A stretch of 64,000 nt of DNA from Centroscyllium fabricii (taxonomy: Eukaryota): the NCBI GenBank assembly GCA_051313645.2, contig JBNRSN020000018.1:28954001-29018000 (forward strand), in the 5' to 3' direction. The notes under the pieces are model-generated. The model did not search any database. It saw nothing but the letters and a program-made list of their open reading frames with translations, and had not been told where the DNA came from. This document shows positions 48,789 to 60,894 of this stretch, in pieces. Position numbers and translations under genes: made by a program. The stretch's first letter is position 1, and each line of letters opens with the position of its first letter.

Positions 48789-50776
48789 TGATACGTCTCT
48801 GCGTCTTCGCTCTTACGTATTTCTAATTCCAATCCTCAAGGTGTATGTGAGACAAATGAGAGACCAGTCCAGAGAGCTTAGTAAACACTGCTTTACTATC
48901 GATCATCCAGGGAAGCCCAGGGATACGTTCCAGGGCATCGCCTTATATTCACAGTGCCCTAACGCTGCACTACTGTAACCTTCCACTACACATACTAGTC
49001 CCGGTCCAGCTGCTATGCCATTGGCTCACAGTCTGTCCATCACAGTCTACTCACATACACCACACTCCTCCCCCCTTACATGAGCACATCACCCCTCTTT
49101 GTTTTTCATTACACATTTTTAACAACAGTACAGTGTTATTCTACATTACTAGGTAATTCTACTGTGCTCATTCACTAACATGAACATACTACAATTTTAC
49201 TCGTTACAACATGGTTATCTAGTGACTCCTTACTTTAACATTTACACACATTAATAAGAGTCAATGACTTTACTGTACATTCAGTCCAAGCCATAAGGAT
49301 CTTCCTCCGTCGGTGGAAAAGTGTCAATGTACAGTCCTTGAATCTTGGTGTTAGGATGATGGTATTCGTGTTCCCTTGGTTGTTTAACTTCTGCAGCATT
49401 TCTTCTTGCTGACTCTTGCGACACCGCTATGTTAAAAACTGTTTCCAAGGTTAAATCTTTCTTCATCAAGAGAAGTTTCTGTGTGTTTTCACTCAAGAAT
49501 CCACAAACAAATCTGTCTCTTAATAGTTCAGTTCGCATCAAATTTAAAAGAGTAATTGCTTTCCGGTCTTTCGCTATTTCAACCCTTTTTAAATAAGTGT
49601 CCCAGTTCTCGATATCATTATCGCACGATGTTACTATAAAAACTTTTGTCATCTTCAGTTATCTTTTCTTTCAGTTTTCAAAACTTTCCTTTCGTTTTCA
49701 AACTTTTCTCTTTTTCAAAACTTTTTCTCTTATTCTTCAAAGCTTTTCTTCCTTTTTCAAAGCTTCCCTTTCTTTTTCCCAGCTTTCTTTCTTTTCAAAG
49801 CTCTTTAAAGTTCTTTCCTTTCTGTAAACCGTTTTAAAGATTTCTTTCAAAATGGCTTCTGCCTCGTTTTGCAACTTTTACAAAATGTCTGCTTTCTCCT
49901 TTACTAAGATGGATGCCGCCTTCCACAATGCTCAAAATGGCACCCGTCTTTTTCTCTTCTTCCTTTACTAAGATGGCTGCTGCCTGCCATGATGCTCTGA
50001 TGCTTGCAGCTCCCGTTTTCAACGCTTTTTCAGGGTAAGGGAAAATACAATGACTTTCTTCTGCAACTATTTCCCTTACCTCCCCCTTCTTTTGGGTTCT
50101 CCTGCAGGGAAACTAAGAAAATCGGCTTCCTTCTGCTCCTCTCTCCCGTTTTTGCAGGTCTCTCCCTTTCTCCCGTTTTTGCAGGCTTCTGCCGCTTTTC
50201 CCCGCGGTCTACACGGTGGCCTGGCGTCACTATGCCCCCAGCAGTGGTCTTCTCCACCCCTAGACACAGTGTACCCCTTACTAAACCACCGGGGGCTTCC
50301 CGACTCACCCTGTGTCGTTACAGTGGCGTCGGTTTCTGTCCTGGAGATGCTGTGTTGTTTCTCTCTCTCTCTCTGCTGCTCTCCCGTTTTTGTCTCCAGC
50401 TCCTTCTTTTTCTTCTGGGTGTTTCTTCTTCGAATTTTTAAATCTTCAGACTTTTTCTGCAAGTTCTGTAGGTTCAAATACTCCGCTATCTCGTCGCCAA
50501 TGATACGTCTCTGCGTCTTCGCTCTTACGTATTTCTAATTCCAATCCTCAAGGTGTATGTGAGACAAATGAGAGACCAGTCCAGAGAGCTTAGTAAACAC
50601 TGCTTTACTATCGATCATCCAGGGAAGCCCAGGGATACGTTCCAGGGCATCGCCTTATATTCACAGTGCCCTAACGCTGCACTACTGTAACCTTCCACTA
50701 CACATACTAGTCCCGGTCCAGCTGCTATGCCATTGGCTCACAGTCTGTCCATCACAGTCTACTCACATACACCACA
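48789..50776 (-). mobile_element. Non-autonomous Gypsy derivative; 276-bp LTRs 48789-49064 and 50501-50776; TSD GTGCC; gag remnant 49281-49652
   Basis: LTRs look identical; TSD at 48784-48788 and 50777-50781; PBS TGGCGACGAG (tRNA-Ser) next to the 5' LTR; PPT at 49065-49077; ENWDTYLKRVE and LRDRFVCG...DLTLE gag motifs. Confidence 0.93.
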
Positions 50777-52329
50777 GTGCCGAGCTTCTTGAGTGTTGGT
50801 GGAGCTGCACTCATCCAGGCAAGTGGAGAGTATTCCATCACACTGCTGACTTGTGTCTTGTTGATGGTGGAAAGGCTTTGGGGAGTCAGGAGGTGCGACA
50901 TTGGTCGCAGAATAGCCAGCCTCTGACCTGCTCTTGTTGCCACAGTATTTATGTGGCTGGTCCAGTTAAGTTTCTGGTCAATGGTGACCCCCAGGATGCT
51001 AATGGTGGGGAATCTGGCGATGGTAATGCTGTTGAATGTCAAGCGGCGGTGGTTAGACTCTCCTACCTCCTGATCCCTCAGTGCCACTCCACGATCTACG
51101 AGGCTGAGGTCAGGAGCGTGGCGGAATACTGACTTGGATGGTTGCAGCCTGCACAACACCCAGGATGTGGGACACCATCCAGCACAAAGCACTTCGCTTG
51201 TTCAGTGTCCCTCCAACTGAAATCAGTATCCACCCACTCCACTGTTCCTGCAGTATGTGCGATCTTTAGGATGCATCATGGCAATTCACCAAGATTACTT
51301 CAACCCAACTCCCCCTTGACGACCTCTATCACTGAGAAGGACAAGAGCAGCAATGTTGTGGAAATGCCATCACCGCCAAGATTTCCTCCAAGCCACACCA
51401 CCCTGACTTGGACATATGTCACCATTCCTTCATTGTTGTTGGGTCAATTGCCTATGTAGCACCATTGTGGGTGTGCTTTCACTACACAGACTACAGCAGT
51501 TCAAGGAGAGTGCCCAGCACCACCTTCTCAGGGCAACTAGGGAATGGGCAATAAATGCAGGCCTTGCCAAAGTCACCCACAACATGAGAGCAATTTTTTT
51601 TTTAATGATTTGAGATGCTGATGGTATTACAAGGCTTTCTTTCTGCTTCTTTACCAACACAGAAGCAGAAAAATAGAAATGTACAAAGAATATTAAAATG
51701 AAACTCAGCCTCAGGCTCCTGTCTGCCAAATAGATTTCATTCCTTCAGCATGTTTTAATGTTGTACTAATTTTGCTGTATAATGTAGCTATAATTCATAG
51801 CTGGTATAGACATAGAATCATAGATCATAGAATCATACAGCGCAGGGTGAGGCCATTCGTTCCATCGTGTCTGTGCCGGCATGCATGACCTTTTTGATGT
51901 TGTAAAATATAAATGTATTTTACGGTCTCTGCATCGCTCTAATTTTGCTTTCCAATTTAATTTCCTTTTTTTTTATTGTGAAGAAGGTTTGCTATTTCCT
52001 CTGTTTTATTGACCATATAACTGCTGCCAGAGTGGTTTCCTGGATAAATGCAATGCCTACTGTGGTGCTGAGTCTTACACATTAGAGGGCACTTGGCTCA
52101 TTACCAGACTGGGCAGAGAAAAGAAAGAAGAATTTGCATTTCTATAGCGCCTTTCATGACCCCAGGACACCCCAAAGCACTATACAGGCAATTGAAGTAC
52201 TTTTGAAGTGTAGTCACTGTTGTAATGTAGGGAACGCAGCAGCCACTTTGCACACAGCAAGCTCCCACGAACCGCAATGACCTTGTGGCAGGTCCAACAT
52301 CCGTGGTATATACAGGTTGTGTACCATCA

Positions 52330-52845
52330 ATCCGCCACGGGCGGGACCAGGCCCGTGCCGGGAAACTGAAAAAACCAGGAGAATGAGGTTGGACACTGCG
52401 CATGCGCACCATTCAAAATGGCCGCGCGCATTCGCACAACATTGTGATTGGCTGGCGCGCGCATGCGCAGATCGGGCCCGGGTCCGCCTTCCCTCTCCAT
52501 CGCCTTTCGGGTTGTTGCTGCCGCCGAGCCGTACTCAGGCTGACAGCTGTTGCCTAGTGACTGTCCGCCTCAGTCACGGGGCTCAGCTGTCGAGAGAATA
52601 ACCGGCGGCCGTATTGAATTATCTGCGCATGCGCTGGCCGTCCGGCGACGCATGCGCAGATCATTCAAAACACCCGGCAGCCGTTTTGAATGATCTGCGC
52701 ATGCACTCGGCGCATGCGCAGGTCATTCGCCGAAGCCGCGATGGCGGCTGCCATCTTGCGCATGCGCAGTGCAGTCGGGGCAATTTGTGCCGGCAGACTG
52801 AAGCTGCCGGCATTTCGGGACACGGATTTTCGGTGCACAACCTGT
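52330..52845. promoter_or_regulatory. CpG-island / promoter-like region with NRF1, YY1, CCAAT and RFX-like motifs
   Basis: High CpG density; several GCGCATGCGC palindromes; CAAAATGGCCG at ~52414; GATTGGCTG at ~52446; X-box-like GTTGCCTAGTGAC at ~52548-52561. Confidence 0.5.
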
Positions 52846-52956
52846 AATTGTATTTAATACCCATGTATATAATTCTCTCTAACAGACTCCTAACACCCTT
52901 CGGACATTCAACCAGGGTGTTAGGCACAAATGTAACTGTCAATGTATCTTTTACAT

Positions 52957-53288
52957 CAGGGGTCCCCAACCTTTTTTGGACCGCGGCCCATTTTGGACTT
53001 GTCAATTTTTTCGCGGACCCGGGGGGGGGACGGTGCTGGCGGAGTTTTTTTGACTGACCGGGGGGGGGGGGGGGGTGCTGGCGGAGATTTTTTGACTGAC
53101 CGGGGGGGGGGGTGCTGGTGGAGATTTTTTGACTGACCGGGGGCGGGGTGTCTTCCGTCTGTGCCTCGTTCATCGTCTTCCGTCGCCGAATGATCTGCGC
53201 ATGCCCCGAGGCACAGACCCTTCCGCGGACCGGTAAAAATGTCCCGCGGACCGGCACCGGGTCGCGGACCGGCGGTTGGGGACCACTG
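52957..53288. mobile_element. hAT (Charlie-like) MITE; TSD TTTTACAT
   Basis: TIRs CAGGGGTCCCCAACC / GGTTGGGGACCACTG; perfect 8-bp TSD; reverse-oriented paralog of 14163-14551. Confidence 0.92.
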
Positions 53289-53661
53289 TTTTACATGTAT
53301 GGGGCGTGTCCCCTTTAAGAGCGCGGGAAGCGCGGACCCGCGTGATGATGCCATCATGTTGGGCAGGAGATTGTACAGTCAGTTTGATCAGCGAGTGTTT
53401 GGAGTAAAGACCTTTAGTTAATCGTTCCTGTGTGTGGAGCTCGTTTCTTTAGTTAGGAATCGACCAATTCCTACAACATAATGACCAGATAATCTGTTTT
53501 AGTGAATGTTGGTTGAGGGATTATGAATGAACGCATTCATATGAATTACTTTGCCGACTAATGGAACCACGGGTTTACTTTAAGCAGGTTGGCCCAGTCA
53601 TTAAATTAAAGGACAGCGGAATTCAATACCATCGCGCTGAGGTGATCGGCGCTGCTCATGG

Positions 53662-55960
53662 TGTCAGCCGTGACTCAGCTGGTAGCGCTCTCGCCTCTGA
53701 GTCAGAAGGTTGTGGGTTCACGTCCCACGTCAGAGTTCTGAGCATAAAATCTAGGCCGACACTCCAGCGCAGGACTGAGGGAGTGCTGCAATGTCGGGGG
53801 TGCTGCCTTTCAGATGAGACGTTAAACCGAGGCCCCGTCTGCTCTCTCAGGTGTAAAGGCTCCCATGTCACTATTTTGAAGAAGAGCATGGGGAATTGCC
53901 TCCGGCGTCCCGTCCGATATTTATTGCTCAACCAACCTCACTAAAAAACAGATTATCTGGTCATTCTCGTTGCTGTGTGTGGGAGCTTGCTGTGCGCACA
54001 TTGACTGCTGCGTTTCAATTCAATTCAATTCAAGTTTTATTGTCATTGCAGAGTACTAGTACAATACAATGAGATGAAGACTCAACGCTCCCGAGAGTAG
54101 TGCAAATAAATTACATGCAAGTTGCATACAGTAAAGTACATTTTCAGGTGTGCAGGTACCGGAGTTTATTTTTAGAGTTCAGGAGGCTGACAGCCCTGGG
54201 GAAGAAGCTGTTCTTAAATCTAGTTGGCGGGTGCGAATTGATCTGTAGCGTCTCCCAGAGGGCAGGGGGGCGAACAGACTGTGGCTGGGGTGTGTGGGGT
54301 CTTTAATAATGTTCAGAGACCTCCGTAGGCAGCATTTGAGGTAGATGCTTTCAATTGACGGTAGCTGGGTACCAGTGATTCGTTGGGCAGTTTTCACCAC
54401 CCGCTGCAGAGTCTTCCGGTCTGAGATGGTGCAATTTCCATACCAGACAGTGATGCAGCTTGTCAGTATGCTTTCGATTGTGCAGTGGGAGAAGTAGGAG
54501 AGGATGCCGGATGACAGCCTGGCTTTCTTCAGCTTCCTTAGGAAGTACAGGCGCTGTTTGGCCTTCTTAACCAGAGAGGAGGTGCTTAGTGACAAAGAGA
54601 GGTCTTCCGAGATGTGGACCCCGAGGAACTTGAAGCTGGACACCCTTTCCACCTCAGCCCCTTGGATGAAGATAGGGGTGTGTCTTCTGCTTCCAGTCCT
54701 CCGGAAGTCCACTATGATCTCCTTAGTTTTCTTGGTGTTCAGTGCCAGGTTGTTGTCGGCACACCATCCCACAAGGCACTGGATCTCATCCCTGTAGGCT
54801 GACTCATCGTTGTTGGTGATCTGGCCAACCACCGTGGTGTCATCTGCAAACTTGATGATCGTGTTGGAGCCATGGACAGCCGCACAGTCGTGAGTGAAGA
54901 GGGAGTAGAGGAGTGGGCTCAGCACACAGCCTTGTGGGGCCCCCGTGTTCAGGGTAAGGAGGGGGAGGTGAGGTTGCCTAACTTCACAGACTGTGGTCTG
55001 TTGGTTAGGAAGTCCAGGGTCCAGTTGCAGAGGGAGGTGTTCAGGCCGAGGGTGAGGAGTTTGTTAGACAATTTGCTGGGGACGATGGTGTTGAATGCTG
55101 AGCTGTAGTCAATAAACAGCATTCTGATATACGTATCTTTGCTATCCAGGTGGTTTAGTGCAGAGTGAAGAGCCATAGTGATAGCATCTTCCGTGGATCT
55201 GTTCCCTCGGTAGGCGAACTGGTATTGGTCCAGGGCGGCGGGGACGCTGGCTTTGATGTGGGCCAGGACCAGCCGCTCGAAACACTTCATGATTATGGGT
55301 GTAAGTGCGACAGGGCGGTAGTCGTTCAGGCACGTCACGGCCGTTTTCTTGGGCACAGGGATGATGGTGGTGGTCTTGAAGCAGGTAGGGACAGCTGCCT
55401 TCGCCAGTGACAGGTTGAAGATGTTGGTGAAGACTTCAGCCAGTTGGTCGGCACATTCTTTGAGTGCCCGGCCGGGGATGCCATCAGGACCCACGGCCTT
55501 CCGTGCGTTCACTCCACGTAGAGCACCTCTTACGTCGGAGGAGGACAGTGTTAATGGCTGGTCTTCCGGGGATTGCAGGACTTTGGTGGCTGGCTCCCTG
55601 TTATCCCTATCGAAGCGAGCATAGAATGTGTTGAGTTCTTCCAGTAGGGAGGCATCGCTGGTCGGGGGGCTGGTGTTTCTGCACTTGTAGTCCGTGATGG
55701 ACTGTGTGCCTTGCCACATACGTTGAGGGTCCGAGTTGTTGTGAAAGTGTTCCTCTATCTTCAGTGTCTGATTTAGTTTGGCAGACCTGATACCCCTCTT
55801 TAGGTTGGCCCTGGCTGTGCTGTAAGCCACCACATCCCCAGATTTGAAAGCTGTGTCACGCGCCTTCAGCAGCGAGCGGACCTCCCCGTTCATCCAGGGT
55901 TTCCTACATTATAACAGTGACTACCCTCCAAAAGCGCTTCATTGTCTGCAAAGCACGATT
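53662..55960 (+). mobile_element. tRNA-headed Deu-domain SINE (SacSINE1-like) split by a Rex1 insertion
   Basis: Head GTGACTCAGCTGG...GGGTTCACGTCCC; Deu core GATGAGACGTTAAACCGAGGCCCCGTCTG; resumes at ~55899 GTTTCCTACATTATAACAGTGAC. Confidence 0.75.
54017..55898 (-). mobile_element. Longest Rex1/Babar LINE copy (RT ORFs 54949-55893 and 54179-54925, frameshifted)
   Basis: [69 protein letters not shown]; (AATTC)n tail; GTTTC on both flanks. Confidence 0.93.
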
Positions 55961-56692
55961 TCAAGTGATGTGGCAGCCTGTGAAGGAACAAGCTTGACTT
56001 TTTCAAACACGGATATTCTGCGGACACCACGATGGGAGCATGCTCCTGGCTGCGACCTCTGCTTCAGTAACAGCATCTCACCATGGCCGCCACTGCGTTG
56101 CGAACGAGGAACGCCGCCCGATTAGAAATTGAGGAAAAGAAAAGAAAAATGCAGCAACTAAATGAACTGAGCTGTTCTGGGAGCGCTGACGGCAGGAGAA
56201 CCCGGGGGAATTTAACATGGATCAAGGCTGAAAGACAGAAGGGCTGAGTTCAAAGTCTTATCTGGGAGACAATGAGAGGTGTCAGCAAAGACATGAGATT
56301 CAATAGCAGGATCCACAAGGGCAGGACGCTCAATAGCTTCCAAAACATTCGAGTCACATAAAAGGTTAGGAAAGCGTTAGCAGCGATGTGGAAACGCAGC
56401 CGTATCATTTAACTCTGTCCTGAGCAATTCTACATGATTGGGCGCAATTGAGGTTAATTAAGGGATAATCTTCCTTTTGTCAGCAAATGTACTGTATGAG
56501 TCGTTACTTGTCTCCTGTGCCAAAGGTCCAGGCGCTTAATCTGAATGTTAAGGAGCAGTATGGTGTTGATGATTATGGGGGATTCACATGATAAGATTGT
56601 TCCACCATGATGGCATCACAATAGCATCTTGCTCTCTCTCCAGTCAAGGTCATTTCAGCTCAGCGTGAAGCTGTCACCAGCAGCCACTTCTT

Positions 56693-56945
56693 CATAGAAT
56701 CATACAGCCTGGAAGGAGGCCATTTAGTGTTTGTCGTGCCTGTGCCGGCTCTTTGAAAGAGCGATCCAATTATTCCCACTTCCATAGTCTTTCCCAATTG
56801 CCCTCGCATTTTTTTTTAAGCAGAGATCCAATTCCCTTTTGAAAGCTACCATTAAATCTGCTTCCACCAGTCCATTCAGGCAGCGCATTCCAGATCACAA
56901 CAACTCGCTGAGTAAAAAAAAAATCTCTTCATCTCCCCCTTTTGC
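56693..56945 (-). mobile_element. Old CR1 3' fragment
   Basis: CATAGAATCATACAG tail and GCATTCCAGATC...CTCGCTG motif. Confidence 0.65.
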
Positions 56946-57431
56946 TGTTTTTCATTTTCATTTTGGACTCATGCCCCTGACTCACCCCTTGGCTCTCTTG
57001 TATTTTATTTTTGTCTTTCCAGTACCTGCATTTCCAGCCCCCTCCACCTGGAGTGCCCTTTACAACATGCGGGACACATCACGCCAACCTCCAGCATGTT
57101 TAAATCTGTGGTCGGACTGCCAGCCGCCTCCTTGTGAAAGCAGATTTGGATCTGCCCTCCCTCTCTCCCTCTCTCTTTCTCTCTTTCTCTCTCTCCTCTT
57201 GGTTTCACTCCCTTCTTGTTGTCAGTTTTATTAAAGGGACCTCTCCTGTCCCCGACTCTGATGAAGTTGCTCTCGCGTGAAACGTTAACCCGTTCTGATC
57301 TGCATTTGTGCATTTGCGATTTTTTTTTTTCGATGTTACTGACACCCGGCGGTAATTCCAACCTAACCCTCCCGTCGGGACACTGAGGGGTTCGGGCGCA
57401 CCGCTGCTTTTATTCCCCGCCCCATGTTACT

Positions 57432-57620
57432 CTCAATTCAATTCAATTCAATTCAAGTTTTATTGTCATTGCAGAGTGCTAGTACAATACAACGAGATGA
57501 AGACTCGACGCTCCCGAGAGTAGTGCAAATAAATTACATGCAAATTGCATACAGTAAAGTACATTTTCAGGTGTGCAGGTACCGGAGTTTTTTTTTAGAG
57601 TTCAGGAGGCTGACAGCCTG
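57432..57620 (-). mobile_element. Rex1 3' end fragment
   Basis: (AATTC)n tail and same 3' UTR as the other copies. Confidence 0.88.
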
Positions 57621-57678
57621 TCAACTGAACCTTTTGGAATAAATTACAGCTTTAACGTTGACTCCCAGCCAGTCAGTA

Positions 57679-58462
57679 CAGGTACACAACCCTTTATCCG
57701 AAAACCTCCGGACCGGGCGGGTTTCGGTTTTCGGATAAATACGGTTTTTAGAGTTGGCCACAGTGCGCATGCGCAGATCGCAATCGCATGCGCAATTCCG
57801 TGTTTGCAGTCCAGCTCGCAGTCGGGTAACGGCATATCGGCCGTTTGCAGGGGGAGATCGGCCGTTTGCAGGGGGAGATTGGCCGTTTGCAGGAGGAGAT
57901 CGACCGTTTGGAGCGGGAGATCGGCCGTTTGGAGCGGGAGATCAGCCGTTTGCAGGGGGAGATCGGCCGTTTGCAGCGGGAGATCGGCCGTTTGCAGGGG
58001 GAGATCGGCCGTTTGGAGCGGGAGATCAGCCGTTTGCAGGGGGAGATCGGCCGTTTGCAGCGGGAGATCGGCCGTTTGCAGGAGGAGATCGACCGTTTGG
58101 AGCGGGAGATCGGCCGTTTGCAGCGGGAGATCGGCCGTTTGCAGGAGGAGATCGACCGTTTGCAGGGGGAGATCGGCCGTGTGCAGTGGGAGATCGGCCG
58201 TGTGCAGTGGGAGATCGGCCGTTTGCTGAAGGAGATTGGCCGTTTGCAGGGGGAGATCGGCCGTTTGCAGGGGGAGATCGGCCGTTTGGAGCAGGAGATC
58301 GGCCGGTTTTTTCCACAGCACGGCATCAACAGCATGAGATCGGGGGAGGAATGTGTTTTTTCTGCTGCAGCTTCAATTTATTTAAGAAAAAAATTATTTC
58401 AGAAAAGCTTTTCGGTTTTTGGAGCTTTTCGGTTTTGTTGCGGATAAGGGACTGTGTACCTG
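57679..58462. mobile_element. Tc1/mariner-pogo-type MITE (TA TSD) carrying a 21-bp tandem array
   Basis: TIRs CAGGTACACAACCCTTTATCCG / CGGATAAGGGACTGTGTACCTG flanked by TA on both sides. Confidence 0.85.
57834..58305. repeat. About 22 copies of a 21-bp unit GGGAGATCGGCCGTTTGCAGG
   Basis: Directly visible; no length variants seen. Confidence 0.95.
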
Positions 58463-58521
58463 TATTACAAACAGTTAGATTTGTAGCTACTTTTTGCAAT
58501 CCCTGAGATATCAGTGTTAGA

Positions 58522-58905
58522 GAACACATAGGATATATGGCACAGAAACAGGCCATTCGGCCCAACCAGTCCATGCCGGTGTTTATGCTCCACTCGAGCC
58601 TCCTCCCGTCTTTCCTCATCTAACTCTATCAGCGCAACCCTCGATTCCCTTCTCCCTCATACGCTTGTCCAGCCTCCCCTTAAATGCATCGATACTATTC
58701 GCTTCAACCACTCCCTGTGGGAGCGAGCTCCACATTCTCACCACTCTTTGGGTAAAGAATTTTCGGCTGAATTCCCGATTTGATTTTTTGGTGACTATCT
58801 TATCTTGATGGCCTCTAGTTTTGTGCTTCCCCTCAAGTGGAAAAACTCTCTCTGTGTCTACTCTATGAAAACATTTCACGATTTTAAAGACCTCTATTAG
58901 GTCTT
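58522..58905 (-). mobile_element. CR1 3' fragment
   Basis: DLIEVFKIVK...FFTQRVVRMWSSLP (ORF 58616-58954). Confidence 0.82.
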
Positions 58906-59126
58906 TAAAGAACGGAATCCTTTTTGACACTTTCAGTACCCACTTCAGCAGCAAGCACTCCTAAGTCTGGTTTATAGCACGGTTACATGCAGAGTAAAAC
59001 CGTCTCCCCAAGAATGGGGCAAGAATTCCTCCCATCGCCGTGTGTGAGGAGGCATCCTGTGCAGTATTTCTGTTGAAGGTGTTTCTTCTTAAGATTTCAG
59101 TAGAAAGCACAGAGCAGAGGGAATAC

Positions 59127-59596
59127 AATAGAAAGCATACTGACAAGCTGCATCACTGTCTGGTATGGTAATTGCACTATCTCGGACTGGAAAACCCTGC
59201 AGCGGGTAGTCAAAACTGCCCAACGAATTACAGGTACACAGCTACCGTCAATGGAAAGCATCTACCTCAAACGCTGCTTACGGAGGTCTATGAACATTAT
59301 TAAAGACCCCACACACCCCAGCCACAGTCTGTTCGCCCCCCTGCCCTCCGGGAGACGCTACAGAGCAAATTGCACACGCACGACTAGATTTCAGAACAGC
59401 TTCTTCCCCAGGGCTGTCAGCCTCCTGAACTCTAAAAAGAAACTCCGGTACCTGCACGCCTGATAATGTACTTTACTGTATGCAATTTGCATGTAATTTA
59501 TTTGCACTACTCTCGGGAGAGTCGAGTCTTCGTCTCGTTGTATTGTACTAGTACTCTGCAATGACAATAAAACTTGAATTGAATTGAATTGAATTA
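59127..59596 (+). mobile_element. Rex1 3' fragment
   Basis: ORF 59251-59463; (TTGAA)n tail. Confidence 0.9.
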
Positions 59597-60177
59597 AGAT
59601 GTTGCTCTACACGTAGTGACAAGAGCTATTCCTAGCCCATTGCGACTTAACTCTGGCCCTTTAAGATGAACACCTCCTCCAGCATCAGCCCGACGTGTTT
59701 CCATTTCTCACACCAGCTGCCGTCATGGGCTGAGAGCGAGACACCTAATTTGGTGCTAATTTGTGCTGCATTATGGACAGTTTTGTGCTGTGAACTGGTG
59801 CCCATCAGGAACTAGGGTAAGACTGCCAAAACCTGATTCATATTGAACCCTTACAGCTGGCAGAGAGGAAGAGGCTTTCAGTACTTCCAGTCTGGGCTGG
59901 ATTCTTTGGCCTCAGACTAAAAGGGCAATGCACTAACCCACCCACCCAGTCCCATCTGTCTGTATATAAAGGAAAAGAAAGACTTGCATTTATATAGCGC
60001 CTTTCATGACCTCAGGACGTCCCAAAGTGCTTTGCAGCCAATGAAATATTTTTGAAGTGTAGTCACTATTGTAACATAGGAATATATATCTATATATGAG
60101 AGAGAGAAATAATCATTTACATTGATTTAAACTTCCCTGTTGATGGCGTACACAGGGATCTGTTATCTGTTCAAATA

Positions 60178-60883
60178 AATGCAAGAAGTCACACAACACC
60201 AGGTTATAGTCCAACAGTTTTATTTTAAATCACAAGCTTTCGGAGCGGCTGCCCCTTCGTCAGGTGAAAGAGAAGCTGACTTAAAGAACACACATATGGG
60301 AGGAAGAGAGAAATCTGATCTCTCCCACATCTCACCTTAACAGAGATAGACAGAGCACACAAAGGCGTATTAACATATTTTAACACATCAGTCTGAGATC
60401 AATGAGGCACAGTCACAAGGGGTCAAATGCTGCAAAACACACAGAATGATTTTAAAAAAAAAAGGAATTTCCTTACAAGACAAAGATGTCTCTGGTCTGG
60501 ATGACTCTACATCAGGCAGGGTCACATGTAGCGTGACATGAAGCCGATATCACGGTTGAGACCGTCCTCATGGGTGCGGAACTTGGCTATCAGCCTCTGC
60601 TCGATGATTTTGCGTTGTCGTGTGTCTCGAAGGCCGCCTTGGAGAATGCTTACCCGAAGATCGGAGGCTGAATGTCCTTCACTGCTGAAGTGTTCCCCGA
60701 CTGGGAGGGAACACTCCTGCCTGGCAATTGTTGTGCGGTGTCCGTTCATCCATTGTCGAAGTGTCTGCATGGTCTCGCCGATGTACCATGCCCCGGGGCA
60801 TCCTTTCCTGCAACGTATGAGGTAGACAACATTGGTCGAGTTACATGAGTATGTACCATGTACCTGGTGTGTGGTGTCCTCGA
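60178..60883 (-). mobile_element. Penelope-like element 3' part with GIY-YIG endonuclease (to 60522)
   Basis: NVVYLIRCRKGCPGAWYIGETMQTLRQWMNGHR...PVGEHFS...GLNRD. Confidence 0.9.
60229..60270 (-). ncRNA. Minimal type I hammerhead ribozyme motif
   Basis: Minus strand TTCAC-CTGACGA-A-GGGGC-AGCC-GCTCC-GAAA-GCTT-GTGA; differs from 5495-5536 only in the stem II loop. Confidence 0.75.
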
Positions 60884-60894
60884 CAACGGATCAC

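Larger units (their letters stand above)
47790..51050 (-). mobile_element. Old CR1/L2-group LINE fragment, interrupted by Rex1 (47931-48470) and an LTR element (48789-50776)
   Basis: ILGVTIDQKLNWTSHI...GQRLAILR...QVSSVMEYSPLAW (50752-51192 ORF) continuing into HRRAVAAACTIYKMH (48465-48761). Confidence 0.7.

Noticed and set aside
57257-57293. CTGATGA...GAAAC hammerhead-like motif
   Set aside because: Stem II does not pair well; probably a decayed PLE hammerhead, so not called as a feature.
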